DNA of 46,932 bases from Thermoplasmatales archaeon SW_10_69_26 (GCA_003009755.1 PXUB01000007.1:1-46932); one strand, 5' to 3'. Positions 37,098 to 46,868 are shown, numbered from the stretch's first letter. Notes: generated by a model from the sequence alone, not told the origin. Program-made: numbers and translations.

Positions 37098-39053
37098 TCA
37101 GTTCGTGGCGGCGCGGTAGAGGCCGTCGTGGGGGGTGGTGGCCCAGAGCGTCTCGGCGGCGGTCACGTGGCTGATCGCGGTGGCGTCGACGGGCGGGGTA
37201 TCCCTCGTGCAGTCGCCTTGTAGCGGAGCCTCGGGGTGGCAGGCCTGGACGGTTCCCCCGGCCAGGGCCCACGCCCGCTCGCCGCTGGGGGCGAGCTCGA
37301 GCTCGTCGACCCGGGCGCCGGCCTCGGCCCAGGGGGCGAAGACGGTCTCGTCGGTGTGGGCTCGCCAGAGGTCGGCGCCTTGGCCGCCGGCGAGCGTGAT
37401 GTTTCCGTTGGTGGCGACGGCTCGGGCGCCGTCGGTGCCGGTCAGGCGGGGGGTCCAGGTGTCGCCGGTCTGGACGTAGACGCCGTTGCCGGTGGCGACG
37501 ACGAGGCGGTCCTGGGCGTCGTCGTAGGTCACCTCGTTCATCCCGACGTTGACGTTCGAGACGCTGGGGGGCGTGTCGGCGCCGGCGGTGAAGATCGGTT
37601 CCCAGGTCTCGCCGCCGTCGGTGGTCTCGTAGACCTTGCTGGGGGCGAGGTCGACGGCGACGGCGGCCCACGCGGTCTCGGGGTCGTCGGGGTGGACGGT
37701 GAGGTCGGTGACGTGGCCGTCGTTCGTCTCGAGGATGTGCTTGCTCCAGTCGCTGTCGTCGAGGTGGCCGACCTGGACGTAGGGTTGGTAGATGCCGTTG
37801 GAGCCGCCGGCGTACAGGCGGCCGGTGTCGGTGGCGGCGGCCGCGTCGACGGTCGAGATGCCGAGCCCGGCGCCGGCGTGGGTCCAGCCGGTCCCGTCGT
37901 TGGCGTAGAGGCCTTGCTGGCCGCCGGCGAGCACGACGTCGGTCGTGGGTGCGGTGGCCAGCGTGTCGACGGCTACGGGGGGGAAGCCCTGGGTTCGGCC
38001 CTCGTAGACGTAGCCGTCGTCGGTGGGTTCGACGTGGTTGAGGCCGATCTGCTCGTCGGTGAAGAACACGGCGTCGGGGTTGGCTGGGTCGGCCACCATG
38101 CCGGTCGCCAGCCAGGCGACGGTGTCGGCGCCCATGTCGGTCCAGGTGTCGCCGTCGTCGGTCGTCACGTGGATGCCCTGACTGGTCGCGACGTAGAGGC
38201 CGCCCTCGGGGTGCGGGGCGAGCTCGCGGGGCACGTGGTCGAAGGGGACGGCCTCCCACGTTTGGCCGCCATCGGTGGAGCGTTCGGGGTGCTCCTCCCA
38301 GGTGCCGTCGCCGGAGGGGATCGTCTCGCCCATGCCGGCGCGCCAGATCGTACCGTCGGTCTCGCTGGCGAGCCATCGGGCTCCCTGGTCTTGGTGGGTC
38401 CAGGTCTGCCCGCGGTCGTCGGTGACCCAGGATTCGGTGAGGCCGGCGACGACGATGTCCTGGGAGGTGGGGCCGAAGGCCAGGCCTTGCAGCGAGGTGG
38501 AGCCCTCGTAGGGCTTGGGGATCTCGGTCCACGTGTCCCCGCCGTCCTCGCTGACGAGGAAGGTCTGCGAGTCGAAGGTGTCCTCGGCGCGGATGCTGGC
38601 GGCGACGGTGCCGTCGGGGTGGATGTCGACGACGCGGGAGCGCTCGGTCTCCAACGAAAGCTCCCAGGTCTCGCCGGCGTCGGTGGTCCGGGCGAGGCCG
38701 CCGAACCCGGCGAGGTAGCCTCTCTCGGGGTCGTTGGGATCGAAGACGACCTCGCCTTCCTCGACGCCCCTCGTGTCGACGGGCGAGAAGGAGTGGCCGC
38801 CGTCGGTGGATCGAAGCGTGCCCTCGCGCCACGTGCTGACGACGAGGGCCTCCCCGCTACCGCCGACGTCGCGGGCGGGAGCGCCCGACGGGGTCGGGGC
38901 CGGCTCCCAGTCGAGGTCGGTGTCCGCGTCGGGTTCCGCCGTGGGGGCGAGGCTGGCCGGCGCGGTGGGCGCCATCGCCGTGACGAGGGTCGTGGCGAGG
39001 AGGGCGGTTGCGAGCGTGGCGGGAACGGATCGCGAGGGGGAGCAAGCAGGCAT
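37098..39053 (-). CDS. Secreted BNR/Vps10 (YCF48-like) beta-propeller protein (paralogue 2)
   Basis: Signal peptide and Asp boxes; colinear with 35164-37095 (SGEALVVSTWREGTLRSTDGG, DAVFFTDE, APSKVYET, GLYRAAT). Confidence 0.85.
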   Translation of the reverse strand: MPACSPSRSVPATLATALLATTLVTAMAPTAPASLAPTAEPDADTDLDWEPAPTPSGAPARDVGGSGEALVVSTWREGTLRSTDGGHSFSPVDTRGVEEGEVVFDPNDPERGYLAGFGGLARTTDAGETWELSLETERSRVVDIHPDGTVAASIRAEDTFDSQTFLVSEDGGDTWTEIPKPYEGSTSLQGLAFGPTSQDIVVAGLTESWVTDDRGQTWTHQDQGARWLASETDGTIWRAGMGETIPSGDGTWEEHPERSTDGGQTWEAVPFDHVPRELAPHPEGGLYVATSQGIHVTTDDGDTWTDMGADTVAWLATGMVADPANPDAVFFTDEQIGLNHVEPTDDGYVYEGRTQGFPPVAVDTLATAPTTDVVLAGGQQGLYANDGTGWTHAGAGLGISTVDAAAATDTGRLYAGGSNGIYQPYVQVGHLDDSDWSKHILETNDGHVTDLTVHPDDPETAWAAVAVDLAPSKVYETTDGGETWEPIFTAGADTPPSVSNVNVGMNEVTYDDAQDRLVVATGNGVYVQTGDTWTPRLTGTDGARAVATNGNITLAGGQGADLWRAHTDETVFAPWAEAGARVDELELAPSGERAWALAGGTVQACHPEAPLQGDCTRDTPPVDATAISHVTAAETLWATTPHDGLYRAATN

Positions 39054-39119
39054 CGTGATCACGCCGTGAGCGAGCGGGAATACAGGCTCCTGAGGGGCTA
39101 GGCGGGCGCACGGGGCGAG

Positions 39120-39758
39120 CTAGTCGGTGGTGAAGCTCGCGTAGGAGAAGCCGCTGGCGTCGTCGCGCACGATGCTGCCGTCCCAGTTCCCCCACGACGC
39201 GGGGCTGGTGCCTTGCAGCTGGGCCTCGCAGTCGACGGTCTGCATGTCGTCGGTGGGACCGTGCGCGACCCCAGCCTGCGTGGCGTCACACGTGACGCGG
39301 AGGAGGCCGCCGATCCCGATGAACCCGGCGTGTTCGATCGCCTGGAGCGTGGTCTCCCCCTCGCTCGAGGTGACGAACGTGACGGATGCGATGCCTGCGT
39401 CGTAGCGCTGCCCGTCGCAGGGCTCCACGACGCCGGCCTCGACGAGCGGGGACAGCGATTCGCCGGCGACGTTCAGCGCGCCGAAGCCGATGGGGGCGTC
39501 GCCCTCGTCGGCGAACAGGCAGTTCGGTCGGTCGAGGGCCTCGTTCTGCGTCGCGACCGTCAGCGGATCGCTGGCGGTGGTGGTCGACATCTCGAGGTCC
39601 GGTGCCTCGCCCGTCACGTCGACGTCGACGACGGTCGCCTCGGCCTCGGCGACGGCCACCGTCTCGGTGTCGGTTGCGGTCTCGTCCGCCGCGGCTGCGG
39701 CGACGGCGGGCACTCCCAGCAACAGGACGGCAAGCGTCGTTGCGATGATGCGGTGCAT
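39120..39758 (-). CDS. Secreted hypothetical protein
   Basis: Signal peptide MHRIIATTLAVLLLGVPAVAAA, GGAGG SD upstream, four Cys. Confidence 0.75.
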   Translation of the reverse strand: MHRIIATTLAVLLLGVPAVAAAAADETATDTETVAVAEAEATVVDVDVTGEAPDLEMSTTTASDPLTVATQNEALDRPNCLFADEGDAPIGFGALNVAGESLSPLVEAGVVEPCDGQRYDAGIASVTFVTSSEGETTLQAIEHAGFIGIGGLLRVTCDATQAGVAHGPTDDMQTVDCEAQLQGTSPASWGNWDGSIVRDDASGFSYASFTTD

Positions 39759-39931
39759 CGTCGAACCTCCCGACCCCCTGACGAGGGGTCACCAAGCGAC
39801 CCCTTGCCATGCTCAAAAACGTTCACCAAGCGTTCGGGGAGGGCGAACGGTCGCCCCCAGGGCGTGGCCGTCGCCCGCCGGTGCAGGGGAACCTCATGGC
39901 CCGACGCCACCGCCCGGCCCGATGCTTGCGC

Positions 39932-41473
39932 CTAGTGCAAGAACGCTCGCTGCCCGCTCATCACCATGGCGATACCGTTCTCGTCCGCGGCCTCGATGAC
40001 CTCCTGGTCCCGGATGGAGCCGCCGGGTTGGATGATGGCTTCGACGCCGGCCTCGGCGGCGACGTCGATGGCGTCGCGGAACGGGAAGAAGGCGTCGGAG
40101 GCGAGCACGCTGCCCTCGATCCGGTCGCCGCCCTTCTTCGTGGCGATCCAGGAGGCGTCGACGCGACTCGTCTGGCCGCCGCCGATGCCGACGGTCTGGC
40201 GGTCCTTGACGAAGACGACGCTGTTGGACTTGACGTGGCGGACGCACCGCATCGCGAACACCATGTCGGCCAGCTGGTCGTCGGTGGGTTCGCGCTCGGT
40301 GGCGATCTCCCACTCGTCGGGGTCGATCGGTTTCACGTCGCGGTCCTGGACGATGGCGCCGCCGACGACGCCGCGGATCGAGCGGCCCTGTCGGGTCGCA
40401 TCGTTCCAGGGGACCTCGAGGACGCGGAGGTTCTCGTTCTCGGTCAAGATCGCCAGCGCCTCGTCGGTGTAGTCGGGCGCGATCAGGCACTCGAGGAACA
40501 GCTCGTCGAAGGCCCGAGCGGCCGCCTCGTCGACGGTGCGGTTGGCGGCGATGATGCCGCCGTAGGGGCTGTCGGTGTCCGTGGCGAAGGCCTGGCGGAA
40601 CGCCTGCTCGATCGTGTCGGCGACGGCGATGCCGCTGGGTGTGGCGTGCTTGATGATGGCGACGGCCGGGTCCTCGAACTCCTTGACGGTCTCGAGGGCC
40701 GCGTCGACGTCGAGCACGTTGTTGTACGACAGCTCCTTGCCGTTGAGCTGGCGCGCCTTCGTCACGCAGGGCTCCTCGGGCTGGCGGGGGGAGGCGTAGA
40801 AGGCCGCCTGCTGGTGGGAGTTCTCGCCGTAGCGCAGATCCTGGAGCTTCTCGAGGGCGAGCGCGGTCTCGCCGGGGAAGCCGCCCTCGTCGTGTTGCTC
40901 GCCGAGCCAGTCGGCGATCACGGCGTCGTAGCGGGCGGTGTGCTGGAAGGCCTCGAGCGCGAGCTCGCCGGCGAGAGCCTCGGAGGGGCCCTCGGCGGAG
41001 GCGACGGCCTCGGCGACGGCCTCGTAGCGCCCGGGCCGGGCCACCGGCAGGCAGGCCCCGTGGTTCTTGGCGGCGGCGCGCAACAGGGTGGGCCCGCCGA
41101 TGTCGATCATCTCGAGCGCCTGCTCGCGGTCGGCGCCTTCCTCGACCGTGGCCTCGAAGGGGTAGAGGTTGACGCAGACGAGATCGATGGGGTCGACGCC
41201 GAGGTCCGCGAGCGTGGCGAGGTCCTCGGGCTCGTCGCGGCGCGCGAGGATGGCAGCGTGGATGGTCGTGTGGAGGGTCTTGACCCGGCCGTCGAACAGC
41301 TCGGGTTGGCCGGTCACGTCCGCGACGGTGCGGACCTTGAGCCCCTCGTCCCTCAGGCGTTGCGCTGTCCCTCCGGTCGAGACGAGCTCGACGCCCTGCT
41401 GGGAGAGCTCGCGAGCGAACTCCCCGACACCCGTCTTGTCGAAGGTCGAGATCAGTGCGCGGCGAACGTCCAC
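39932..41473 (-). CDS. purH: Bifunctional AICAR transformylase/IMP cyclohydrolase
   Basis: RRALIS..DKTG, STGGT, DGRVKTLH, IDIGGPTLLRAAAKN, LRYGEN.HQ, KELSYNN, ASDAFFPF.D and QPGGSIRD. Confidence 0.97.
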   Translation of the reverse strand: MDVRRALISTFDKTGVGEFARELSQQGVELVSTGGTAQRLRDEGLKVRTVADVTGQPELFDGRVKTLHTTIHAAILARRDEPEDLATLADLGVDPIDLVCVNLYPFEATVEEGADREQALEMIDIGGPTLLRAAAKNHGACLPVARPGRYEAVAEAVASAEGPSEALAGELALEAFQHTARYDAVIADWLGEQHDEGGFPGETALALEKLQDLRYGENSHQQAAFYASPRQPEEPCVTKARQLNGKELSYNNVLDVDAALETVKEFEDPAVAIIKHATPSGIAVADTIEQAFRQAFATDTDSPYGGIIAANRTVDEAAARAFDELFLECLIAPDYTDEALAILTENENLRVLEVPWNDATRQGRSIRGVVGGAIVQDRDVKPIDPDEWEIATEREPTDDQLADMVFAMRCVRHVKSNSVVFVKDRQTVGIGGGQTSRVDASWIATKKGGDRIEGSVLASDAFFPFRDAIDVAAEAGVEAIIQPGGSIRDQEVIEAADENGIAMVMSGQRAFLH

Positions 41474-41589
41474 CGCTGTTACCCCTTGAGGATGCTCGAA
41501 CTTGGGATAAGGGTTACGCTCGGCCGACCGCGGATGTCCGCGGGTCGCTGGGGCCAACGTTCAAGCCGGAAGGCCGGCTACCCTGCGGT

Positions 41590-42174
41590 GTGGAGTCCAC
41601 CCTCTTCTGTCCGGCCTGCGACAGCGAGGACCTCGAGACGCGGGTCGAGCGGCTCGAGATCCCGCACTTCGGCGAAGTCATCCAGATGACGTACCTGTGC
41701 GAGACATGCGGCTTCCAACGCTCGGATCTCACGATCACGAAGCAGGAGGAGGCCGCGCGCTACCGGTTGGAGGTCACCGAGGAGGAGGACCTCGCCACGC
41801 GGGTCGTGCGCTCGGCCAGCGGCCACTTCGAGATCCCGGAGCTGGACATCCGGGCCGAGCCGGGCCGCGCCGCCGAGGCGTTCGTGACGAACGCCGAAGG
41901 CATCCTCGACCGGTGCAAGGACGCCATCGAGATGGCGATGCAAGGCACCGAGGCCGAGGACAAGCGCGACCGTGCCCAGCGCCTGCTCGACCGGGCTGAA
42001 CGGCTGCGGTCGCTGGAGGAGACGTGGACGATCGTGATCGAGGACCCGCAGGGCAACTCGGCCATCCTCGGCGACGAGGTCGAACGGACCGAGCTCTCCG
42101 ACGAGGAGGCCGACGACCTGAAAGCACCGGGCGCGCCGGGTGCCGACGAGGGCCCCGAGCCCGTCGAACCCTAG
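41590..42174 (+). CDS. ZPR1-related zinc finger protein
   Basis: CPAC..IPHFGEV..CETCGF..D, VVRS, IPEL, FVTNAEGIL and IEDPQGNSAI. Confidence 0.92.
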   Translation: MESTLFCPACDSEDLETRVERLEIPHFGEVIQMTYLCETCGFQRSDLTITKQEEAARYRLEVTEEEDLATRVVRSASGHFEIPELDIRAEPGRAAEAFVTNAEGILDRCKDAIEMAMQGTEAEDKRDRAQRLLDRAERLRSLEETWTIVIEDPQGNSAILGDEVERTELSDEEADDLKAPGAPGADEGPEPVEP

Positions 42175-42262
42175 CCAGCGCCCCTCCCCGCGCCCGAGGG
42201 CAGCGAGGGCGCGGCAGGATGGACTGAGGCGGGAGGGCGGCTCCGGGCTCCGATGGACGCCA

Positions 42263-42433
42263 TCACGTGTTGCGATCGACGAACCGTCCAGCGGTGTCCT
42301 CGTCGGGTCCGAAGGGACGGTTCGGGGCGTGTTCGTCGATCAAAAGCTGCCGGCGGTAGTAGGATTCGCAGGCCGACAGGTACTCGGCGAACGCGGGATC
42401 GTCGACCTCGGAGCGTCGGATGCGGTCCAACAT
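42263..42433 (-). CDS. Possible small protein (56 aa), not in the ORF track
   Basis: MLDRIRRSEVDDPAFAEYLSACESYYRRQLLIDEHAPNRPFGPDEDTAGRFVDRNT*; acidic, fills an otherwise empty gap. Confidence 0.45.
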   Translation of the reverse strand: MLDRIRRSEVDDPAFAEYLSACESYYRRQLLIDEHAPNRPFGPDEDTAGRFVDRNT

Positions 42434-42521
42434 CTGCACCGATCGTGCCTCGCCCTCGTTACGGGGGTTGTGAGGCCATAGTTCTTTCGCCGGGCGGCGT
42501 CAGCGGCTCGGCCGCGTGATG

Positions 42522-43310
42522 TCACTTGTGGGTGAACTCGGGGTCGCGATCCTCGAGGAAGGCGTCGATGCCTTCCTGGGCGTCGTGGGAGCCGAAGACG
42601 TCGGCGAAGGCGTCGACCTCCTTCCGGATGCCCTCGGAGAGGGGGGTGCGCCAGCTGGCGCGCAGGGCGCGCTTGGCGCCGGCGAGCGCGAGGGCGCTGT
42701 GCTCGGCCATCGATCCGGCCAGGTCCAGCGCCTCGTCCACGGCCTCGCCGTCGGCGGTCGTCTCCTCGACGAGCCCGAGCTCGGCGGCTTCGTCGGCGTC
42801 GACGAGGTCGCCGGCGAGGACGAGCCGCATCGCTTGCCCGAGACCGATCAGGCGGGGCAGCCGCTGGGTCGCGCCGCCGCCGGGGATGATGCCGAGGTTG
42901 ACCTCGGGCGAGCCGAGCTTGGCGCCCTCGCTGGCGAGACGGACGTCGCAGGCCAGCGCGAGCTCGAGCCCGGCACCGAGCGCGTGGCCGTCGATCGCCG
43001 CGATCACGGGCACGGAGAGGCCCTCGATGCGCTCGTACATGCGAGGAGGCGAGATGAACTCGCGTTGCTCGGCGACGGTTCGCTCGCGCATCTCGGCGAG
43101 GTCGGCGCCGCTGGCGAAGGTGCCCTCGGTGCCGGTCAGCACGAGCACGCGAGCCTCGTCGGCGATCGCCTGCTCCATCGTGGCGAGCAGCGCATCGCGG
43201 GTCGGACCGTCGAGCGCGTTGCGCTTGTCGGGTCGGTCGATCCGGACAACGCGCACGCCCTCGGGTCCGCGACCCGCGAACGCGACCGTGTCGGCCTCGT
43301 CGGCGCTCAT
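42522..43310 (-). CDS. Enoyl-CoA hydratase/isomerase (crotonase family)
   Basis: RPDKRNALD, FASGADL, AAIDGHALGAGLELALACD and PEVNLGIIPGGGATQRLPRLIG. Confidence 0.95.
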   Translation of the reverse strand: MSADEADTVAFAGRGPEGVRVVRIDRPDKRNALDGPTRDALLATMEQAIADEARVLVLTGTEGTFASGADLAEMRERTVAEQREFISPPRMYERIEGLSVPVIAAIDGHALGAGLELALACDVRLASEGAKLGSPEVNLGIIPGGGATQRLPRLIGLGQAMRLVLAGDLVDADEAAELGLVEETTADGEAVDEALDLAGSMAEHSALALAGAKRALRASWRTPLSEGIRKEVDAFADVFGSHDAQEGIDAFLEDRDPEFTHK

Positions 43311-43367
43311 CGAGGGCCGGATGCGGACCGCAGGGGAAAACGTTGCGAAGCAGCGCCGCGGGCGCTA

Positions 43368-43640
43368 TCAATCCTCGAAGCCGTCCTCGGGGTAGGCCCA
43401 GTCGATGGCGCCGATGCGGGCGCCGATCTCCAGCCAGGCCCACGCCCAGATCACGGCCTCGAAGGAGCGCACCGGATCGTCCTCGGCCTCGAAGTGGTCG
43501 GCGTCAGAGCGGTAGGCTTCGGCGTTCTCGAGGAACGAGCGTCCCTGCTCGTCCTCGGCGTCGGCGTCCGCCAGCGCATCGTCGAGCCGGTCGGCCCAGC
43601 GGTCGGTCTCGTTCCGCAGGCGGCGGGCCGTCTCGTCCAC
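43368..43640 (-). CDS. DUF357 family protein
   Basis: FLENAEAYRSDADHF..DD.VRSFEAVIWAWAWLEIGARIG is characteristic of archaeal DUF357. Confidence 0.88.
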   Translation of the reverse strand: MDETARRLRNETDRWADRLDDALADADAEDEQGRSFLENAEAYRSDADHFEAEDDPVRSFEAVIWAWAWLEIGARIGAIDWAYPEDGFED

Positions 43641-43812
43641 AATAGGGAAGACCCTCCCTCCGGGAAAGCGCTCACGGTCCCGGCGCCCACCGGGGGACAA
43701 CGCAGGATTTATGGGGGTTGGGAACACCTTGAGAGATGCCCTCACGGGCCTGAAACAACATTGGAGGTGGTGTCACGACACGAAATTACCCTAGACTACA
43801 CGTAGCGCATAG

Positions 43813-43925
43813 CGGTGGAACGGCACTGACGGTCCCTACGATCCCATCGTAGGCCCATCGGCCCGTGGACAAACCCTACACGGCCTTCGGTGGGCTCTCG
43901 TAGGGAAATAGGGCCGTTTCCACCG
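43813..43925 (+). ncRNA. Candidate structured RNA / long irregular hairpin
   Basis: Nested stems 43813-24/43913-25, 43833-41/43898-906, 43853-61/43887-95 (G-U pairs on +) and 43863-67/43879-83. TTTATG box at 43708. Confidence 0.35.
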
Positions 43926-43999
43926 TGCCCGCGCGGCCCGTCGGACGCAAGCCCGACGGTCCACCGTGGCGGGCCCCCCGATCGTTTCGAGGGCCCCTC

Positions 44000-44325
44000 G
44001 GGTTCACTCCCGTGCCCCCTTCGCCTGGGTTGGCCTCGACGCGATCGGGTTTCCTCTTCTCTTCACCTCGACTCCCTCAGGTTCTCCCTTCGACCGCTTG
44101 GTCTGAGCGGGTCCCGCTGACGGCGTCGGCCTGCATCGCGATACCGCAGGGATTTCGCTGCTTCAGCCTCCTTGTCAGCGACCGCTCAGACCGGGGGTGG
44201 TGGACGAGCAGGCTTCCTCGGTCCGGGCGAGGGAGTCCTTGCTGGAGGCGGACTCCCGAGCGAGCACGGATCTGTGATCCGTGCGAACCGTCGGTCGTCG
44301 AGGTTCGAGAACCATCTGCGAACCC
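44000..44325 (-). ncRNA. Candidate ~326-nt multi-helix structured RNA containing a palindromic-repeat-like arm
   Basis: Closing stem 44000-07/44318-25; stems 44080-86/44307-13, 44100-10/44182-92, 44115-21/44174-80, 44231-38/44250-57 and 44264-72/44276-84. Confidence 0.4.
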
Positions 44326-44471
44326 CAAGCCCGCGGCCGCGATCACCGCCCATCCACCACCGCCTGCTTCCGCAGAGGCCGGCTGCAAGCGTCGCTGTCG
44401 GCCGGTGAGATGAGACGGGGGAGAGAAGGAGAGAGGCCCGGCCGGGCGGTGGACCCGGCCGATCGCGGCGG

Positions 44472-46832
44472 TCAGTTGGCCGGCGGGCCCATCTGGTTCT
44501 CGTTGCGGTCGGCGTCGCCGTCGAAGGGATCCAGGTCGAACCAGGTGTGTTGCCCCGTGCCGAAGCCGTAGACGTCGTCGTTGATCCTCAAGGGCGGGAC
44601 GGTCTCGCTACCGATCGTGTCGGCGTACACGTCGGACCCGGTGACCTCGAACGTGTACATCGTGGCGATCGTGTCGCCCTCGCAGCTGACGCCCTGGCAG
44701 GAGTGCTGGAAGGCCAGCTCGCCTGTGAAGCCGCCGGTGGGTTCACCACACTGGGTGCCGAAGTCGCTGCCCCGATCGAACACGGCGCCTGGCTGGTGGA
44801 CGTCCAGCGTGCCCTCGTTGGCGGCGTGCTCGTCGATGACGTAGCTCCGCAGGTCGTCGACGAGGGCGTCGATCGCGTTGTCGACCGGGTTGCCGGCGGT
44901 GGCGGCGACGTCGCCGTCCCACAGCGTCCGACCGGCGTCGTTCGTCATCACGTAGATGTTGTTGCCGTCGAGGTAGGGTTGGGTCTGGGGGTCCTCGGCG
45001 TCGTCGTCGGGCGCCGGGAACGTGTTCACGTCCGTGAACGTGGTCGGCTCGCGGAGGTAGATCGCCTGCGCGAGCGCCGTGTGCTTGCCGTAGCCGGCGT
45101 CCAGCATCTCGGAGGCGAGGCTGCCGCCGGGACCGGTCGGGCAGCCGCCGCCGGCGGTGCCCTCGTCGTCGACCTGCATGTCCCACAGCATCGGGTAGGC
45201 ACCGATGGACTGGATGTCGTCGGCTTGGTAGACGCCCTGGCCGAAGGCGTTCTGATCGTAGTCGCCGTCGTCGTTCTTGTCGGCGAAGACGCCGACCTTG
45301 CCCTCGGTCCGGAAGTAGCTGGGACCGGGGCGGTTGGAGGCGTCCTGGGTACCGGAGCTGCCGTAGGCGCCGACACCGGGCCCGAGCCCGTCGTCCTGGT
45401 AACCGTCGACCTGGCTGTCGAGGACGTTGACCCACGGATCTCGGGTGTCCTTGTCCTCGTTGTCGACGAGATCCTGGCACGAGCTGGGGTCGTCCCGCTC
45501 CTCGGAGATCACGTTGCGGGAGTTGTCCGGGATCCCGGCGACGGGGTCGCCGTTGTTGGGCTCGATCATCGAGCTCTCGGTGACCCCGTCGGTGGCCGTG
45601 TCGACGGCGTCCGTGACCTCGCTGGGCACGGCGGGGACATCGGGGACGTCGGGGACGGTGCCGCCTTGAACCTCGCGGGAGAGCGCGCTTGCGTAGTCGG
45701 TGGTGCCGTCCAGCGAGGCGCTGGGGCCGCGAGCGGTGTCGGTCGCGGTCGTGTAGACGTCGAGATCGTGGGCGAGGTACGGGATCGAGCCGGTGTCGCC
45801 GTCGAAGTCGAGGTGGCCGGGCGCGAGGTTCTGGCACTCGGCCGGGTTCGGCGCGACGACGAAGTGCAGGTGGTGGATGTCGGTCTGCGTGAGCTGGCCG
45901 CCGAAGGTGCCGGCAAGGCCGACGTTGTAGGACCGCCAGTAGGGGCCCTGGGCCGCGCAGACGTAGGTCGGCGAGTTGCACTTGTTGTCGTAGCCGTCGA
46001 ACGTCGGATCGACGGTACCGTCCTCGCCGGCCGTCTGATCCGTGAGCCGGATCTGGCAGAAGCTCTGCGCCTGGCTGGAGTCGTACTCGGTGCCCGGATC
46101 GAACCCGCAGATCTTCGCGTCGGCCTCCGTGCTGAGGTCCGCGTTCTCGACGATCTCGTCGAGCCGGTCGGAGTCGATGAACTTGCCCTCCTCGTCCTCG
46201 AGGAACGCGATCACGCGCTCCATCGCCGGCGGGGGACCGTTCCAGCCGTCCATCTTCCAGACGCCGGCCTCGTTCTGGACGAACGTGAACGCGTTCGGGG
46301 CCGTGGCGTCCTGCGTGATGATCTGGTAGCGGCCATCGTCCTCCCGATCGGACTCGTCCGGGCTCCCCGTGATGCCGGCGGTTCCGCCGACGGTGTGGAA
46401 GCCGGTCCACAGGGGGTCGCCGGCGTCGACGCCCGCGGCCGACAGGCACCACGGTTGACAGGTCTTCCAGAGGAACCCGCCGGCCTGCGAGTACCCGATC
46501 TGGGCGTCGAAGATCTCGATCTCGTCCGTGAGGATCTCCTGGTCGGTCGGGCTGAAGCGCGTCAGCTCCGAACCCCCGTTGTAGACGAGATCGCCGCAGA
46601 TCTCCTCGGCCGTAATCGCTCCCTGGGCCTCCTGGGCGTCGGCCTCGTAGCAATCCTGCGAGGTGCCGATGCCATAGGGCGTGCTCTCGTCACCGACCGT
46701 CTCCCCGGGAACGCTGGGATCGTCCGGGGATTCGCGGGGTTGCATCCCGATCGTGGTCAGGGACCCGGTGCTCAGGTGGCTGGCCGTCGCCACCGGAAGC
46801 GTCATCGTCAACATCGCCGCTGCTACGATCAA
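44472..46832 (-). CDS. Large secreted, Cys-containing acidic surface protein
   Basis: Hydrophobic signal-like N-terminus (LIVAAAMLTMTLPVATA), 786 aa, strong GC3 codon bias. Start is uncertain. Confidence 0.8.
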   Translation of the reverse strand: MIVAAAMLTMTLPVATASHLSTGSLTTIGMQPRESPDDPSVPGETVGDESTPYGIGTSQDCYEADAQEAQGAITAEEICGDLVYNGGSELTRFSPTDQEILTDEIEIFDAQIGYSQAGGFLWKTCQPWCLSAAGVDAGDPLWTGFHTVGGTAGITGSPDESDREDDGRYQIITQDATAPNAFTFVQNEAGVWKMDGWNGPPPAMERVIAFLEDEEGKFIDSDRLDEIVENADLSTEADAKICGFDPGTEYDSSQAQSFCQIRLTDQTAGEDGTVDPTFDGYDNKCNSPTYVCAAQGPYWRSYNVGLAGTFGGQLTQTDIHHLHFVVAPNPAECQNLAPGHLDFDGDTGSIPYLAHDLDVYTTATDTARGPSASLDGTTDYASALSREVQGGTVPDVPDVPAVPSEVTDAVDTATDGVTESSMIEPNNGDPVAGIPDNSRNVISEERDDPSSCQDLVDNEDKDTRDPWVNVLDSQVDGYQDDGLGPGVGAYGSSGTQDASNRPGPSYFRTEGKVGVFADKNDDGDYDQNAFGQGVYQADDIQSIGAYPMLWDMQVDDEGTAGGGCPTGPGGSLASEMLDAGYGKHTALAQAIYLREPTTFTDVNTFPAPDDDAEDPQTQPYLDGNNIYVMTNDAGRTLWDGDVAATAGNPVDNAIDALVDDLRSYVIDEHAANEGTLDVHQPGAVFDRGSDFGTQCGEPTGGFTGELAFQHSCQGVSCEGDTIATMYTFEVTGSDVYADTIGSETVPPLRINDDVYGFGTGQHTWFDLDPFDGDADRNENQMGPPAN

Positions 46833-46868
46833 GGCTTAGACTGCCGGACGTGTTTTGCTTACGCTCTC

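Noticed and set aside
39771-39815. Hammerhead ribozyme (CTGACGA followed by a stem)
   Set aside because: The required GAAA after stem II is absent.
43825-43910. Canonical hammerhead or glycine riboswitch
   Set aside because: Core nucleotides are missing (CTGACG lacks the final A; GGAC-AAA lacks the G). The minus-strand GAGAG..CCGAAGG lacks the rest of the aptamer.
43980-44330. RNase P, SRP RNA or tmRNA
   Set aside because: Only partial look-alikes (GAGGAAAC, GAAGGGGGC, GGGG..GGTTCTCGA). There is no proper P4 pairing, no SRP helix-8 motif and no canonical T-loop or CCA end.
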